Below, piece by piece: positions 26,622 through 33,075 of a DNA stretch of 41,541 nt; the first letter of the stretch is position 1, and each line of letters opens with the position of its first letter. This DNA comes from a virus: IMG/VR virus record IMGVR_UViG_3300045988_128501; one strand, written 5' to 3'. Below the pieces are notes generated by a model, which worked only from the letters and a program-made list of their open reading frames with translations, searched no databases and was not told where the DNA came from. The translations under genes and the position numbers were made by a program.

Positions 26622-26908
26622 TCACATTCCAGTAATATCTACGTTCCCATAAACGAACATGGCAAAGTCCGCTAATTCATTGCCGCAAACAAAAGTATAT
26701 TCTCCGCCAGCAGAAAAGTTCCCCTTTGCTGTTCCAGAAACTCTAACAATGGAGTTTTTAGGAACCTGCACTGTATAGTCCTGCGTTGTCGTCAGCTCTC
26801 CGTTTTTGTTTACAAACGTGGTTTCAGGGGAGTCTATCCCTGCCCCATACGCGATCGTGGCCACTCCGCCCCCCCCACAGCCGAACTCACAACAGGGTTG
26901 TTTATCAT
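26622..26908 (-). CDS. Small protein of the MIxNPxVV family, interrupted by a G8 tract (needs G9 or a -1 slip to join the RBS-proximal ATG to the long ORF)
   Basis: AAGGAGGaaccaacATG at 26908 gives MINNPVVSSAVGG and then stops after 24 codons. The long ORF (26622..26939 in the track) is in the -1 frame downstream of the tract and has no RBS at its own TTG. Confidence 0.6.
26869..26876. repeat. Homopolymer tract (G8 on the coding strand) inside the MIxNPxVV-family gene
   Basis: On the minus strand GCT GTG GGG GGG GCG. Confidence 0.9.
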
Positions 26909-26935
26909 GTTGGTTCCTCCTTATATATAGTTTAA

Positions 26936-27238
26936 TCAACCGTTAAAATTGTATGTACGACCATCAATTATTACGTCATCTACGCCGAAGCCATCCGGAT
27001 ACGCATAAAACGGCATGCCCTCTTCATAATAATAAACATTTCCGTTTATATGCAAAACTCCCGCCACATTTATTTTCTCAACGTAATCTCTCCACGTCAT
27101 TCCGATAACAAATGGAATATCATATTTATTAAATGCATTACTAAAATATAACGATAGCGGGCTGCCATTGGCTTCTAGTCTAAAAGTTCCAAACTTAATA
27201 CTTCCTCCGTCCCCATACACAACCGGATTAACAATCAT
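26936..27238 (-). CDS. Small protein of the MIxNPxVV family (100 aa)
   Basis: GGAGGTGacagctATG RBS. Starts MIVNPVVYGDGGS. AT-richer than its surroundings. Confidence 0.7.
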   Translation of the reverse strand: MIVNPVVYGDGGSIKFGTFRLEANGSPLSLYFSNAFNKYDIPFVIGMTWRDYVEKINVAGVLHINGNVYYYEEGMPFYAYPDGFGVDDVIIDGRTYNFNG

Positions 27239-27286
27239 AGCTGTCACCTCCGGCTCGGGCAATCTGACGAAGGGTTAGGTTATTTG

Positions 27287-27295
27287 CCCCCCCCC
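27287..27295. repeat. Homopolymer tract (G9 on minus strand) in the leader of the small-gene pair
   Basis: ccagcGGGGGGGGGcaaat lies between the putative promoter and the RBS. Confidence 0.9.
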
Positions 27296-27311
27296 GCTGG
27301 AAATAACTGGA

Positions 27312-27341
27312 ATTGTACATAGTGCACACCCTCCAAGTAAA
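27312..27341 (-). promoter_or_regulatory. Putative promoter TTTACT-18-TACAAT for the small-gene pair
   Basis: On the minus strand TTTACTtggagggtgtgcactatgTACAAT lies directly after the RNA-locus terminator. Confidence 0.45.
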
Positions 27342-27343
27342 TT

Positions 27344-27384
27344 ACAAGAAAAGAGCGGCTGAAACTCCATTAAACTCCCGCTCT
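27344..27384 (-). terminator. Intrinsic terminator ending the RNA locus
   Basis: On the minus strand AGAGCGG-19nt-CCGCTCT is followed by TTTTCTTGT. Confidence 0.6.
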
Positions 27385-27478
27385 GTCGCTCTCCTAAGCC
27401 ACAGCGGAGGCGAAGTTGTTTTGCAGGCCGTTGGATGGTGGCTGCGATCATCCTGATAGCAATCCTGCTCTGAAGGTC

Positions 27479-27554
27479 TGGTGGTTCCCCCTGGCCTCGA
27501 ACCAGGATATGCCCGGTTATGAGCCGGGATCTCTGCCTCTTGAGATAAGGAACC
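27479..27554 (-). tRNA. tRNA-Met (anticodon CAT; could equally be a lysidine-type tRNA-Ile2), CCA encoded
   Basis: Manual fold of GGTTCCT-TA-TCTC-AAGAGGCA-GAGA-T-CCCGG-CTCATAA-CCGGG-CATAT-CCTGG-TTCGAGG-CCAGG-GGGAACC-A-CCA. 76 nt with all four arms canonical. Confidence 0.88.
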
Positions 27555-27619
27555 GTATAGGCGGATTCTGTCTCTACAGGCCCCGCCGTGCCCAGCCGTT
27601 TTCTCACGCGTCGGCACGC

Positions 27620-27684
27620 TACCCCCGTCTGGACTCGAACCAGAATCCTGCAAAAAGCGCTTTTACCGTCAAAGCTACAGGGGC
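27620..27684 (-). ncRNA. tRNA-like element lacking an anticodon arm (65 nt)
   Basis: Acceptor GCCCCTG/CGGGGGT, D arm GCTT-TGACGGTAA-AAGC, T arm TCTGG-TTCGAGT-CCAGA. Only 14 nt (GCTTTTTGCAGGAT) sit where the anticodon arm and variable loop belong. No CCA. Confidence 0.45.
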
Positions 27685-27689
27685 AAATG

Positions 27690-28168
27690 GGGAGAACCCG
27701 TATGGCAACCGGGTCCACCCGCTCTCCGTCTTTCCGGAGCGTCATGCAAGAAAAATCCGCCATAAATTTTCCACGCACTGCCGAACGTCAGGCGCGACCT
27801 GACACCCTCGGATAGTGAGGGCCTTTCTGGGGTTCGGCATGTATGGCCCTAAATCCTCGGGCCATGTCGCGGGTTTTGTCCGGCTTTGCCCGCGAGCCGG
27901 AAGCTCCAATGTGGAGTTGGCCGTCCGTACCTGAGTTGCACAGGCATTCGCACTGGCCGGACGATGTGGGCGGCGGCATGGTTGGGGGAATCAGAAAAGA
28001 GGTCTATAAAAAACCCGAGAAAGAAGGAGCGATTCTGCCGCCGCCCGTAAAGGAGGACCCGATACTACCGCTTCGGAGTCGAGCGGGGAAAGACGGTACA
28101 GACGCAATTTACATATAAGAGAAAAATGAATAAATTCATTTTTCTCTATATGTAAATTGCTATTCTGT
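27690..28168 (-). ncRNA. Candidate large structured non-coding RNA (about 480 nt, GC-rich, at least 12 helices)
   Basis: No credible ORF or RBS. Lies between a consensus promoter and the tRNAs. Includes an 11-bp long-range helix (28036-28046 with 27968-27978), a three-way junction (27781-27838) and interleaved helices (27867-27900). G-U pairs form only on the minus-strand reading. Confidence 0.5.
28104..28160. repeat. Long AT-rich inverted repeat (27-bp stem, one bulge, 2-nt loop)
   Basis: gcaatttacatataagagaaaaatgaat-aa-attcatttttctctatatgtaaattgc. Confidence 0.9.
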
Positions 28169-28174
28169 AATTAA

Positions 28175-28204
28175 ATTGTACTACTTGTCAAGAGCAAAAG
28201 TCAA
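28175..28204 (-). promoter_or_regulatory. SigmaA-type promoter TTGACT-18-TACAAT driving the RNA locus
   Basis: On the minus strand TTGACTtttgctcttgacaagtagTACAAT lies downstream of the HNH_3 gene stop. Confidence 0.55.
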
Positions 28205-28239
28205 CCGTTTTGATGAAATGGACATCTGTAAGGTACTCA

Positions 28240-28743
28240 CTACTCGTCAAATTCAAACAAAATCCCTTGTATGATTCTACCATTTATTATCCGTTTTCTG
28301 AGGCCAGACAATGTTATGTGGTTTTGTTCTGCTGCTTGTTTTATGGATGAGTAATATACGATGTCTCCACCTACAGAAATTCGCTTTACTGGCCTTCTCC
28401 CTCCATGATTTTGTCTGACTACTCTTGACTTTTTGGCGTATTCCAGGTTTGACAATCGAACATTCCGCCAATCCCCGTCTTTATGGTGCACTACGTATCC
28501 ATCTAACTTACCGCGCATCCAAACGTCCCTCATCAAGGATCTAACTGTAACCTTTTTCCTTGACTCTCTTCTGCCTAATCCGACAGTTAAACTTCCCGCT
28601 TTATGACTTTCTGATGGCGTTAACATTCTCGGCTTTTTGGCGGGAATTGTCCCGATTGGCATCCAGCTGCGGACACGACCTTCTGTAGATATTTCGTACA
28701 ATCCATCAAACCCCGGAATGCGTCTCCATCGTTCCGCTGGCAC
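28240..28743 (-). CDS. HNH_3-family homing endonuclease with NUMOD4 motif
   Basis: WRRIPGFDGLYEISTEGRVRS (NUMOD4), VHHKDGDWRNVRLSNLE (HNH_3), and a C-terminal HTH-like segment. AT-richer than its flanks. Confidence 0.8.
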   Translation of the reverse strand: MPAERWRRIPGFDGLYEISTEGRVRSWMPIGTIPAKKPRMLTPSESHKAGSLTVGLGRRESRKKVTVRSLMRDVWMRGKLDGYVVHHKDGDWRNVRLSNLEYAKKSRVVRQNHGGRRPVKRISVGGDIVYYSSIKQAAEQNHITLSGLRKRIINGRIIQGILFEFDE

Positions 28744-29209
28744 CGTTACTCATCTCCGTTTCTATGTATGCAAGACCGGCAGCGTAGGCTGCCCACATGT
28801 CGGCTCGAAAGCCGAAAAAGAAATCCGGGTGCTTCTTGCTTCCCTTTCCGTTGGTGCGGTCGTGGGTGGCGAACCGGTCGATCAGGGCCCGGCGTATGCT
28901 GGCGTCGTTACCACGAGGGCTGTTGCAGATGTGAAGGACAACTTCCTTCCGGTAGATGTACCCCACAGGGGCGGTGGCAGCTTGGGTATACCGGCCCACC
29001 CACTCGCAGGTCTCCAGTACCTCCCGCCCCACGGGCATCCCGTAGCTTGCCACACGCTCAATGACCAGGAAATCGTAGCGTTCCACCTGGACCATGAGCA
29101 GGCACGTAGCGTTGAGCTCCTTCCCCACTCGGATGGGGCGGAGGGTTTCACTATCCAGGACACAGAAGCCGGACTGGATGTCTCCGGGGTCAAGGGCTAG
29201 TATCTTCAC
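28706..29209 (-). CDS. RuvC-like Holliday junction resolvase
   Basis: MKILALDPG and LVIERV acidic catalytic motifs. Confidence 0.75.
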   Translation of the reverse strand: MKILALDPGDIQSGFCVLDSETLRPIRVGKELNATCLLMVQVERYDFLVIERVASYGMPVGREVLETCEWVGRYTQAATAPVGYIYRKEVVLHICNSPRGNDASIRRALIDRFATHDRTNGKGSKKHPDFFFGFRADMWAAYAAGLAYIETEMSNGASGTMETHSGV

Positions 29210-29648
29210 TTGCTCCCTCCTTCATTTTTGGCCGTTTGAGATAGTCCAATATCCTTTCGTCTGCTGGGCCATTTAGCCATGCCGCTATCCCCTTGTGACA
29301 ATCCTCGTCGCAGTAATGGTTTTGGTCACACAGAGGCGGGCAACAATGTATGCGAATCTCTTCAATGAGTTCTAAAAGCTCATCGTCGCTCATGTTCCGA
29401 ACGAGGTCAGAGACGGTCCTTCTCTCCCGGTCCGCCTGTACCAGTTCGCGCAGCCGATCCAGGTCGTACTCTTCGCCCAGGATGTCCTCGATGGCGGCGA
29501 GGCGGTCAAACGCTACTGCTATGGGACAATCTTTGCATCCCTTGTCACCTTGCCTCTGACATACCTCCCGGCACTCCAAATTATCAGCACCCTTTACTTG
29601 CCAACAATGGTTTCCACCAATAGAAAAATCATAGGTTAACCGTTCCAT
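29190..29648 (-). CDS. Cys-rich hypothetical protein (152 aa)
   Basis: Coupled ORF with an AGGAGG-embedded upstream stop. Confidence 0.65.
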   Translation of the reverse strand: MERLTYDFSIGGNHCWQVKGADNLECREVCQRQGDKGCKDCPIAVAFDRLAAIEDILGEEYDLDRLRELVQADRERRTVSDLVRNMSDDELLELIEEIRIHCCPPLCDQNHYCDEDCHKGIAAWLNGPADERILDYLKRPKMKEGASEDTSP

Positions 29649-30017
29649 TCAGTCCTCCTTCTGCGGGCCGCGCCACTTAAAATGTTTACAGCGATAATGT
29701 TCGCCTTCTTCGTAGCAGAGGCTACCTGCATTAGCACAATATCCTTCACACAGTTCTGCGAAAGCATTATCGGCGTCGGCGTTATCAACATCGTATTCGC
29801 ATCTAATTTCCTCGATATCTCCTATTATTTCAAACAGGTCTTTAATTGCTGCATCCCGCTCACACTTGACAGAATCCAGTTCGGCCCGCAGTTTCTCGTT
29901 TTCTGCCTGGAGCGTGGAGAGGGCGTCAGCCGCATCGGCTAAAAGGGTTGCGTCCGGATCCTCAAGATCATGCCACGACGGCATTCTAAGATTGTCGATC
30001 AGTTCATTTACGTCCAT
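29649..30017 (-). CDS. Hypothetical coiled-coil/Cys-rich protein (122 aa)
   Basis: TGATG overlap with the upstream ORF. Confidence 0.65.
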   Translation of the reverse strand: MDVNELIDNLRMPSWHDLEDPDATLLADAADALSTLQAENEKLRAELDSVKCERDAAIKDLFEIIGDIEEIRCEYDVDNADADNAFAELCEGYCANAGSLCYEEGEHYRCKHFKWRGPQKED

Positions 30018-30304
30018 CAGGTATCCTCCTCTTCTGCTGGCTGCTGGAGCCAGTCCTTCATTCCGGTGTGTCCAGCGTAGCAGTATCGCTCAGCCTTGCA
30101 TCCGCTGCATGGGTACCCGTCTGAACCACAGGATCGGAATTCACAGAGGAACTTCGATAGCTCCTCATTGCTCATGGAGCGGATGCGGTCGGCGTGAGTG
30201 GCCTGCATATAGTCTTTGCATTCCCTGTCCAAATCAGGGTCAGGGCTGTCTATTTTATGTGCGCACCAGTCTTTATAAAGGTGTCTGCAATTCCTGCACT
30301 TCAT
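30017..30304 (-). CDS. Cys-rich hypothetical protein (95 aa)
   Basis: MKCRNCRHL...CSGCKAERYC. ATGA overlap. Confidence 0.65.
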   Translation of the reverse strand: MKCRNCRHLYKDWCAHKIDSPDPDLDRECKDYMQATHADRIRSMSNEELSKFLCEFRSCGSDGYPCSGCKAERYCYAGHTGMKDWLQQPAEEEDT

Positions 30305-30633
30305 GTGTCCTCCTCTCCCTCCGGCGGGCGGCTATATGCAAGCCATTTCCCATAATCATCCGGATCATAATATTCCGGGGGTGCCTCACATGAGTATGCA
30401 AGTCCGTCTTTCCAATAACACCACTCACTACGGTTAAATGATGTATCTATAACCCATATAGGTACATTGTTCATATCTAGAAGTTGTTCCAGCGTCAGGA
30501 GTTCGTTTGGCGTGGATTTCTCCAACATGGAGGCAAACATGGCGTGATATTCCGACGCCTCTCCATCTCGAAGAGTGCATCTGTGACCCTGTGCCCATTC
30601 TCTAGCAAGGGAAAGCGCACGTTTTTTATTCAT
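30301..30633 (-). CDS. Hypothetical protein (110 aa)
   Basis: AAGGAG RBS. ATGA-type overlaps. Confidence 0.65.
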   Translation of the reverse strand: MNKKRALSLAREWAQGHRCTLRDGEASEYHAMFASMLEKSTPNELLTLEQLLDMNNVPIWVIDTSFNRSEWCYWKDGLAYSCEAPPEYYDPDDYGKWLAYSRPPEGEEDT

Positions 30634-30970
30634 GGCTGTTCTCCTTTTCGGGCGGTGCGGGTCGTTTCATCCAGTGTGTAACCGTCCATGGGCTAATCCT
30701 GTTAAGCCATCTCCATCTCCGTACTGTTTTCCCGCGAATAGTGGCAACCTCCCATTCAAGTGGAAGGACGCCGCCACCTTTCCCTGTTGCGTTGGTCATG
30801 CAGAAAAACTCTAATCCATCATCATCGTCTGATGGAATCTCATCCTCCACCGATATCCACTCGTTCTGTGGGGTGAGGGTGGGCAAATTGTCGATATCCA
30901 CCTTGTAGGCTATTTCGAAGCCATAATAGTCATCGAAAAACTCAATTTTATCTGCGTCAATAGGTCTCAC
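30626..30970 (-). CDS. Hypothetical protein (about 114 aa; start placed at GTG 30970)
   Basis: The track ORF extends to 31102 but overlaps the upstream gene by 146 nt. GTG at 30970 follows AGGAGG by 9 nt. Confidence 0.55.
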   Translation of the reverse strand: MRPIDADKIEFFDDYYGFEIAYKVDIDNLPTLTPQNEWISVEDEIPSDDDDGLEFFCMTNATGKGGGVLPLEWEVATIRGKTVRRWRWLNRISPWTVTHWMKRPAPPEKENSHE

Positions 30971-31220
30971 CGTCCACCGCCTCCTTTTCGTATTCGGGTC
31001 TGCCGTCCACATAACAGCAGAGCACAGGATATATCCAGCCGCCGGGGTCGTCGCCCTTCTTTTTCGTACTCGCCCACAAAGAAACCAATTCACGTTCTCC
31101 AATCTCTATGTGTTTTTTGCGGTCAAAGTTTTTGCATAACACCCTGCCGTTAAACGCACTACGTACTTCTAACGGCGAACAAAAATTTATATTTGCCTCT
31201 AACAGTTCATTGAGTTTCAT
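30957..31220 (-). CDS. Hypothetical protein (87 aa)
   Basis: ATG at 31220 overlaps the end of the upstream ORF. Confidence 0.6.
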   Translation of the reverse strand: MKLNELLEANINFCSPLEVRSAFNGRVLCKNFDRKKHIEIGERELVSLWASTKKKGDDPGGWIYPVLCCYVDGRPEYEKEAVDGETY

Positions 31221-31530
31221 TGTCAAGCGCCTCCAATCTCTCCATCACCATCTGCACGGCCTCGTCCGTCATTGGAACACCGCAGTTTGCGCAAAACTTA
31301 TCAGCGCCCCACCATCCTGATATGGGGAAACCACATTTAGAGCATTTTTTTATGAACTCAGAGTGTTTCCTTTCCTGGATAATCCACTCACCCCTCCACA
31401 CCTTCTCGATCCGTTCCCGGCTAACGGGGCGGAGGACTTTCGCCGCCATCCTGTACATCTCCCAGGCGGCTGGGCCAGGCGGGTGCATGGTCTCAAACCA
31501 TGTTGCAGCCTGTTCTCTGGTGATGCTCAT
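31207..31530 (-). CDS. Zinc-ribbon protein (107 aa)
   Basis: CSKCGFPISGWWGADKFCANCG. ATGA overlap with the upstream gene. Confidence 0.65.
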   Translation of the reverse strand: MSITREQAATWFETMHPPGPAAWEMYRMAAKVLRPVSRERIEKVWRGEWIIQERKHSEFIKKCSKCGFPISGWWGADKFCANCGVPMTDEAVQMVMERLEALDNETQ

Positions 31531-31910
31531 GGGTTTGCCTCCTTAAGGACAAATTGTCGGATCGCAAGAAGATTCTTTGACGCGTAATAACTCCAGTTCT
31601 CAAGATATTCACTCAAGTTTTCCATTTCGATATGAGACGCGATCTCGGCGACGTTTATGTCGGAAATCAAATTTTGAAGGTTTCCAAAACTTTTTTGTAT
31701 GCCATCGTCATTGACCTTCTCACCTTTCTCTTGTATCTTATTCCGCACCCACTCACAGTACATGAGCGCGTCAACGAGCTCCTCCTCAATATAGCGGATA
31801 CGGGTGTCGATGCTGGCGGGGTTGTCCTCCAGGGGCAGTCCGTATTTTTTCAGGCCCTTTTCCCGCTGGTGGTGGTAGATGGCTGTAATGCGATCCCAGT
31901 ATTTATCCAC
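31527..31910 (-). CDS. Putative all-alpha NTP pyrophosphohydrolase (MazG-like), 127 aa from GTG 31910
   Basis: REKGLKKYG...IEEELVDALMY pattern. GTG preceded by GGGAGGAG at 7 nt. The track ORF extends to 32030 through a remnant segment. Confidence 0.45.
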   Translation of the reverse strand: MDKYWDRITAIYHHQREKGLKKYGLPLEDNPASIDTRIRYIEEELVDALMYCEWVRNKIQEKGEKVNDDGIQKSFGNLQNLISDINVAEIASHIEMENLSEYLENWSYYASKNLLAIRQFVLKEANP

Positions 31911-32030
31911 GACGCATCTCCTCCCAAATCTTGCTGGACACAATCTCCCGGCTGCCCTGGTATTTGCCGCGGAGCCGGGAGGATGCATTTTCTCAAACCA
32001 TTCAGCGGATTGTTCGGTAGCGATCTTCAT
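31911..32030 (-). pseudogene. Mosaic remnant: 5' end of a 31207-31530-like gene joined to a copy of the dcd 3' end
   Basis: MKIATEQSAEWFEKMHPPGSAA compares with MSITREQAATWFETMHPPGPAA. The next 60 nt or so match the dcd 3' end (32383-32445) at roughly three quarters of positions, in a shifted frame (KYQGSREIVSSKIWEEM vs KYQDSREVVSSQIWREM). Confidence 0.5.
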
Positions 32031-32386
32031 TTTTCTCCCACCTCATCACTTTCTGGGAACATTTTCTCCCGCAGCTCTTCATATTTTTGGTATATTCTAT
32101 AGAACACCTCTAGCCATTCTTCCCCATGTTCAGCTTCAATGCCAGCCACAACATGAGCCAACTGATATGCGAATACTTCTATCTGGACCTCAACAGGTTT
32201 ATTCGTGCTTAATTCAATCAAAAAAGGTTCCCCATCTTCAAATGAAGTTCGCCCGAATCCGTCATCTATATCCGGGTTCCAAATTGCCCGAAAGCCTCCT
32301 GCCTTTTCTGGATAAAGTTCCTTGAATGCCTCGAGCAGCAGGCAAAATGGATCATTCTCGAAGGGGCTCTGCATTAACTTTCTCAT
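32027..32386 (-). CDS. Hypothetical protein (119 aa)
   Basis: GGAGGGAGatgcaATG RBS embedded in the dcd 3' end. ATGA overlap. Confidence 0.65.
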   Translation of the reverse strand: MRKLMQSPFENDPFCLLLEAFKELYPEKAGGFRAIWNPDIDDGFGRTSFEDGEPFLIELSTNKPVEVQIEVFAYQLAHVVAGIEAEHGEEWLEVFYRIYQKYEELREKMFPESDEVGEK

Positions 32387-32904
32387 TGCATCTCCCTCCA
32401 AATCTGGGAGGATACAACCTCCCGGGAGTCCTGGTATTTACCCTGATACTGGTTTACCACCTCGCCGCACACGGGGTGATAGGATAGCTGCCCGATCTGC
32501 ATATTGGGATAGATGCGGATGGGCTCCACTGCTACGATTTCCAGGGTCCAGTAACCACGGAAGCCTACATCCCCGTAACCAGCAGTTACGTGGATGAAAA
32601 GCCCCAGGCGACCGATGGAAGAACGACCCTCCAGCTTGGGCACCAGGCCGTAGGTCTCCGTCCACTCGTTGGTGCGTCCCAGGTAGAGCTTCCCGGGGGT
32701 GAGCACCAGCCCCTCCTCCGGGATGGGGACGGTCCGTGTCCGGTTGTCCTGCCGGGGATCCAGACAGGCCTCGGTATAGACCATCAACTCCGGGGCCAGG
32801 GAGACGTTGTAGCTGTTGGGGTTTACCCTGGCATCGTCCCAGGGTTCTATCACGATGGATCCAGCCTCATGCTGGAGTTTGATTTCGTTACCGCTTAAAA
32901 TCAT
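32383..32904 (-). CDS. dcd: dCTP deaminase (173 aa; start ATG 32904)
   Basis: KLEGRSSIGRLGLFIHVTAGYGDVGFRGYWTLEI and C-terminal GKYQ. TAGGAGGcagcaaATG RBS. Confidence 0.85.
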   Translation of the reverse strand: MILSGNEIKLQHEAGSIVIEPWDDARVNPNSYNVSLAPELMVYTEACLDPRQDNRTRTVPIPEEGLVLTPGKLYLGRTNEWTETYGLVPKLEGRSSIGRLGLFIHVTAGYGDVGFRGYWTLEIVAVEPIRIYPNMQIGQLSYHPVCGEVVNQYQGKYQDSREVVSSQIWREMQ

Positions 32905-33068
32905 TTGCTGCCTCCTATCTGCATCTGCTCCGGGGTACCTGTCTCCCGGATTTCCACGTATTGCACATGACCGTACTTCTCTAGGTCCATGGCAATCCCT
33001 TCCCGGCTTCCCCGGGGGTTCCGGGCGCTTGAGGGAATTGGACGGAGTTTCACGGTGATCTCCCACAT
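32901..33068 (-). CDS. Small hypothetical protein (55 aa; below the ORF-track cutoff)
   Basis: ATG lies 7 nt after the MazF-like stop (TGAGGTGcttATG). ATGA overlap with the dcd start. Confidence 0.4.
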   Translation of the reverse strand: MWEITVKLRPIPSSARNPRGSREGIAMDLEKYGHVQYVEIRETGTPEQMQIGGSK

Positions 33069-33075
33069 AAGCACC

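Noticed and set aside
27275-27778. 167-aa minus-strand ORF, with nested or overlapping ORFs 27342-27653, 27416-27802, 27588-27815, 27788-27979 and 27843-28118
   Set aside because: They have no RBS and an Arg/Cys/Pro-rich nonsense composition. They run straight through a canonical tRNA-Met and extensive RNA helices. They are treated as GC-driven open frames in a non-coding RNA locus.
27620-28100. A tRNA interrupted by a group I intron (structured RNA as intron)
   Set aside because: The acceptor 5' strand and D arm lie immediately next to the T arm, not upstream of the structured region. I could not recognise any split anticodon stem or group I core elements. This remains untested without covariance models.
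29190-31102. Recurrent C-terminal tails W-x-x-P-x-E-E-(D/N) in five consecutive small proteins (WLQQPAEEEDT, RPPEGEEDT, RPAPPEKENSHE, WRGPQKED, KMKEGASEDTSP) as a shared functional motif
   Set aside because: It is largely explained at the DNA level. Each tail is encoded by the Shine-Dalgarno sequence (GAGGAGG or AAGGAG) and the ATGA/TGATG overlap of the next gene, so the similarity reflects translational coupling rather than a protein domain.
32383-33066. 227-aa extended dcd ORF, and 90-aa ORF 32901-33173
   Set aside because: The N-terminal extensions are Arg/Pro-rich and overlap the MazF-like gene. The dcd family sequence begins at MILSGNEIK (ATG 32904) with a strong RBS. The 90-aa ORF is trimmed to a 55-aa candidate starting at 33068.
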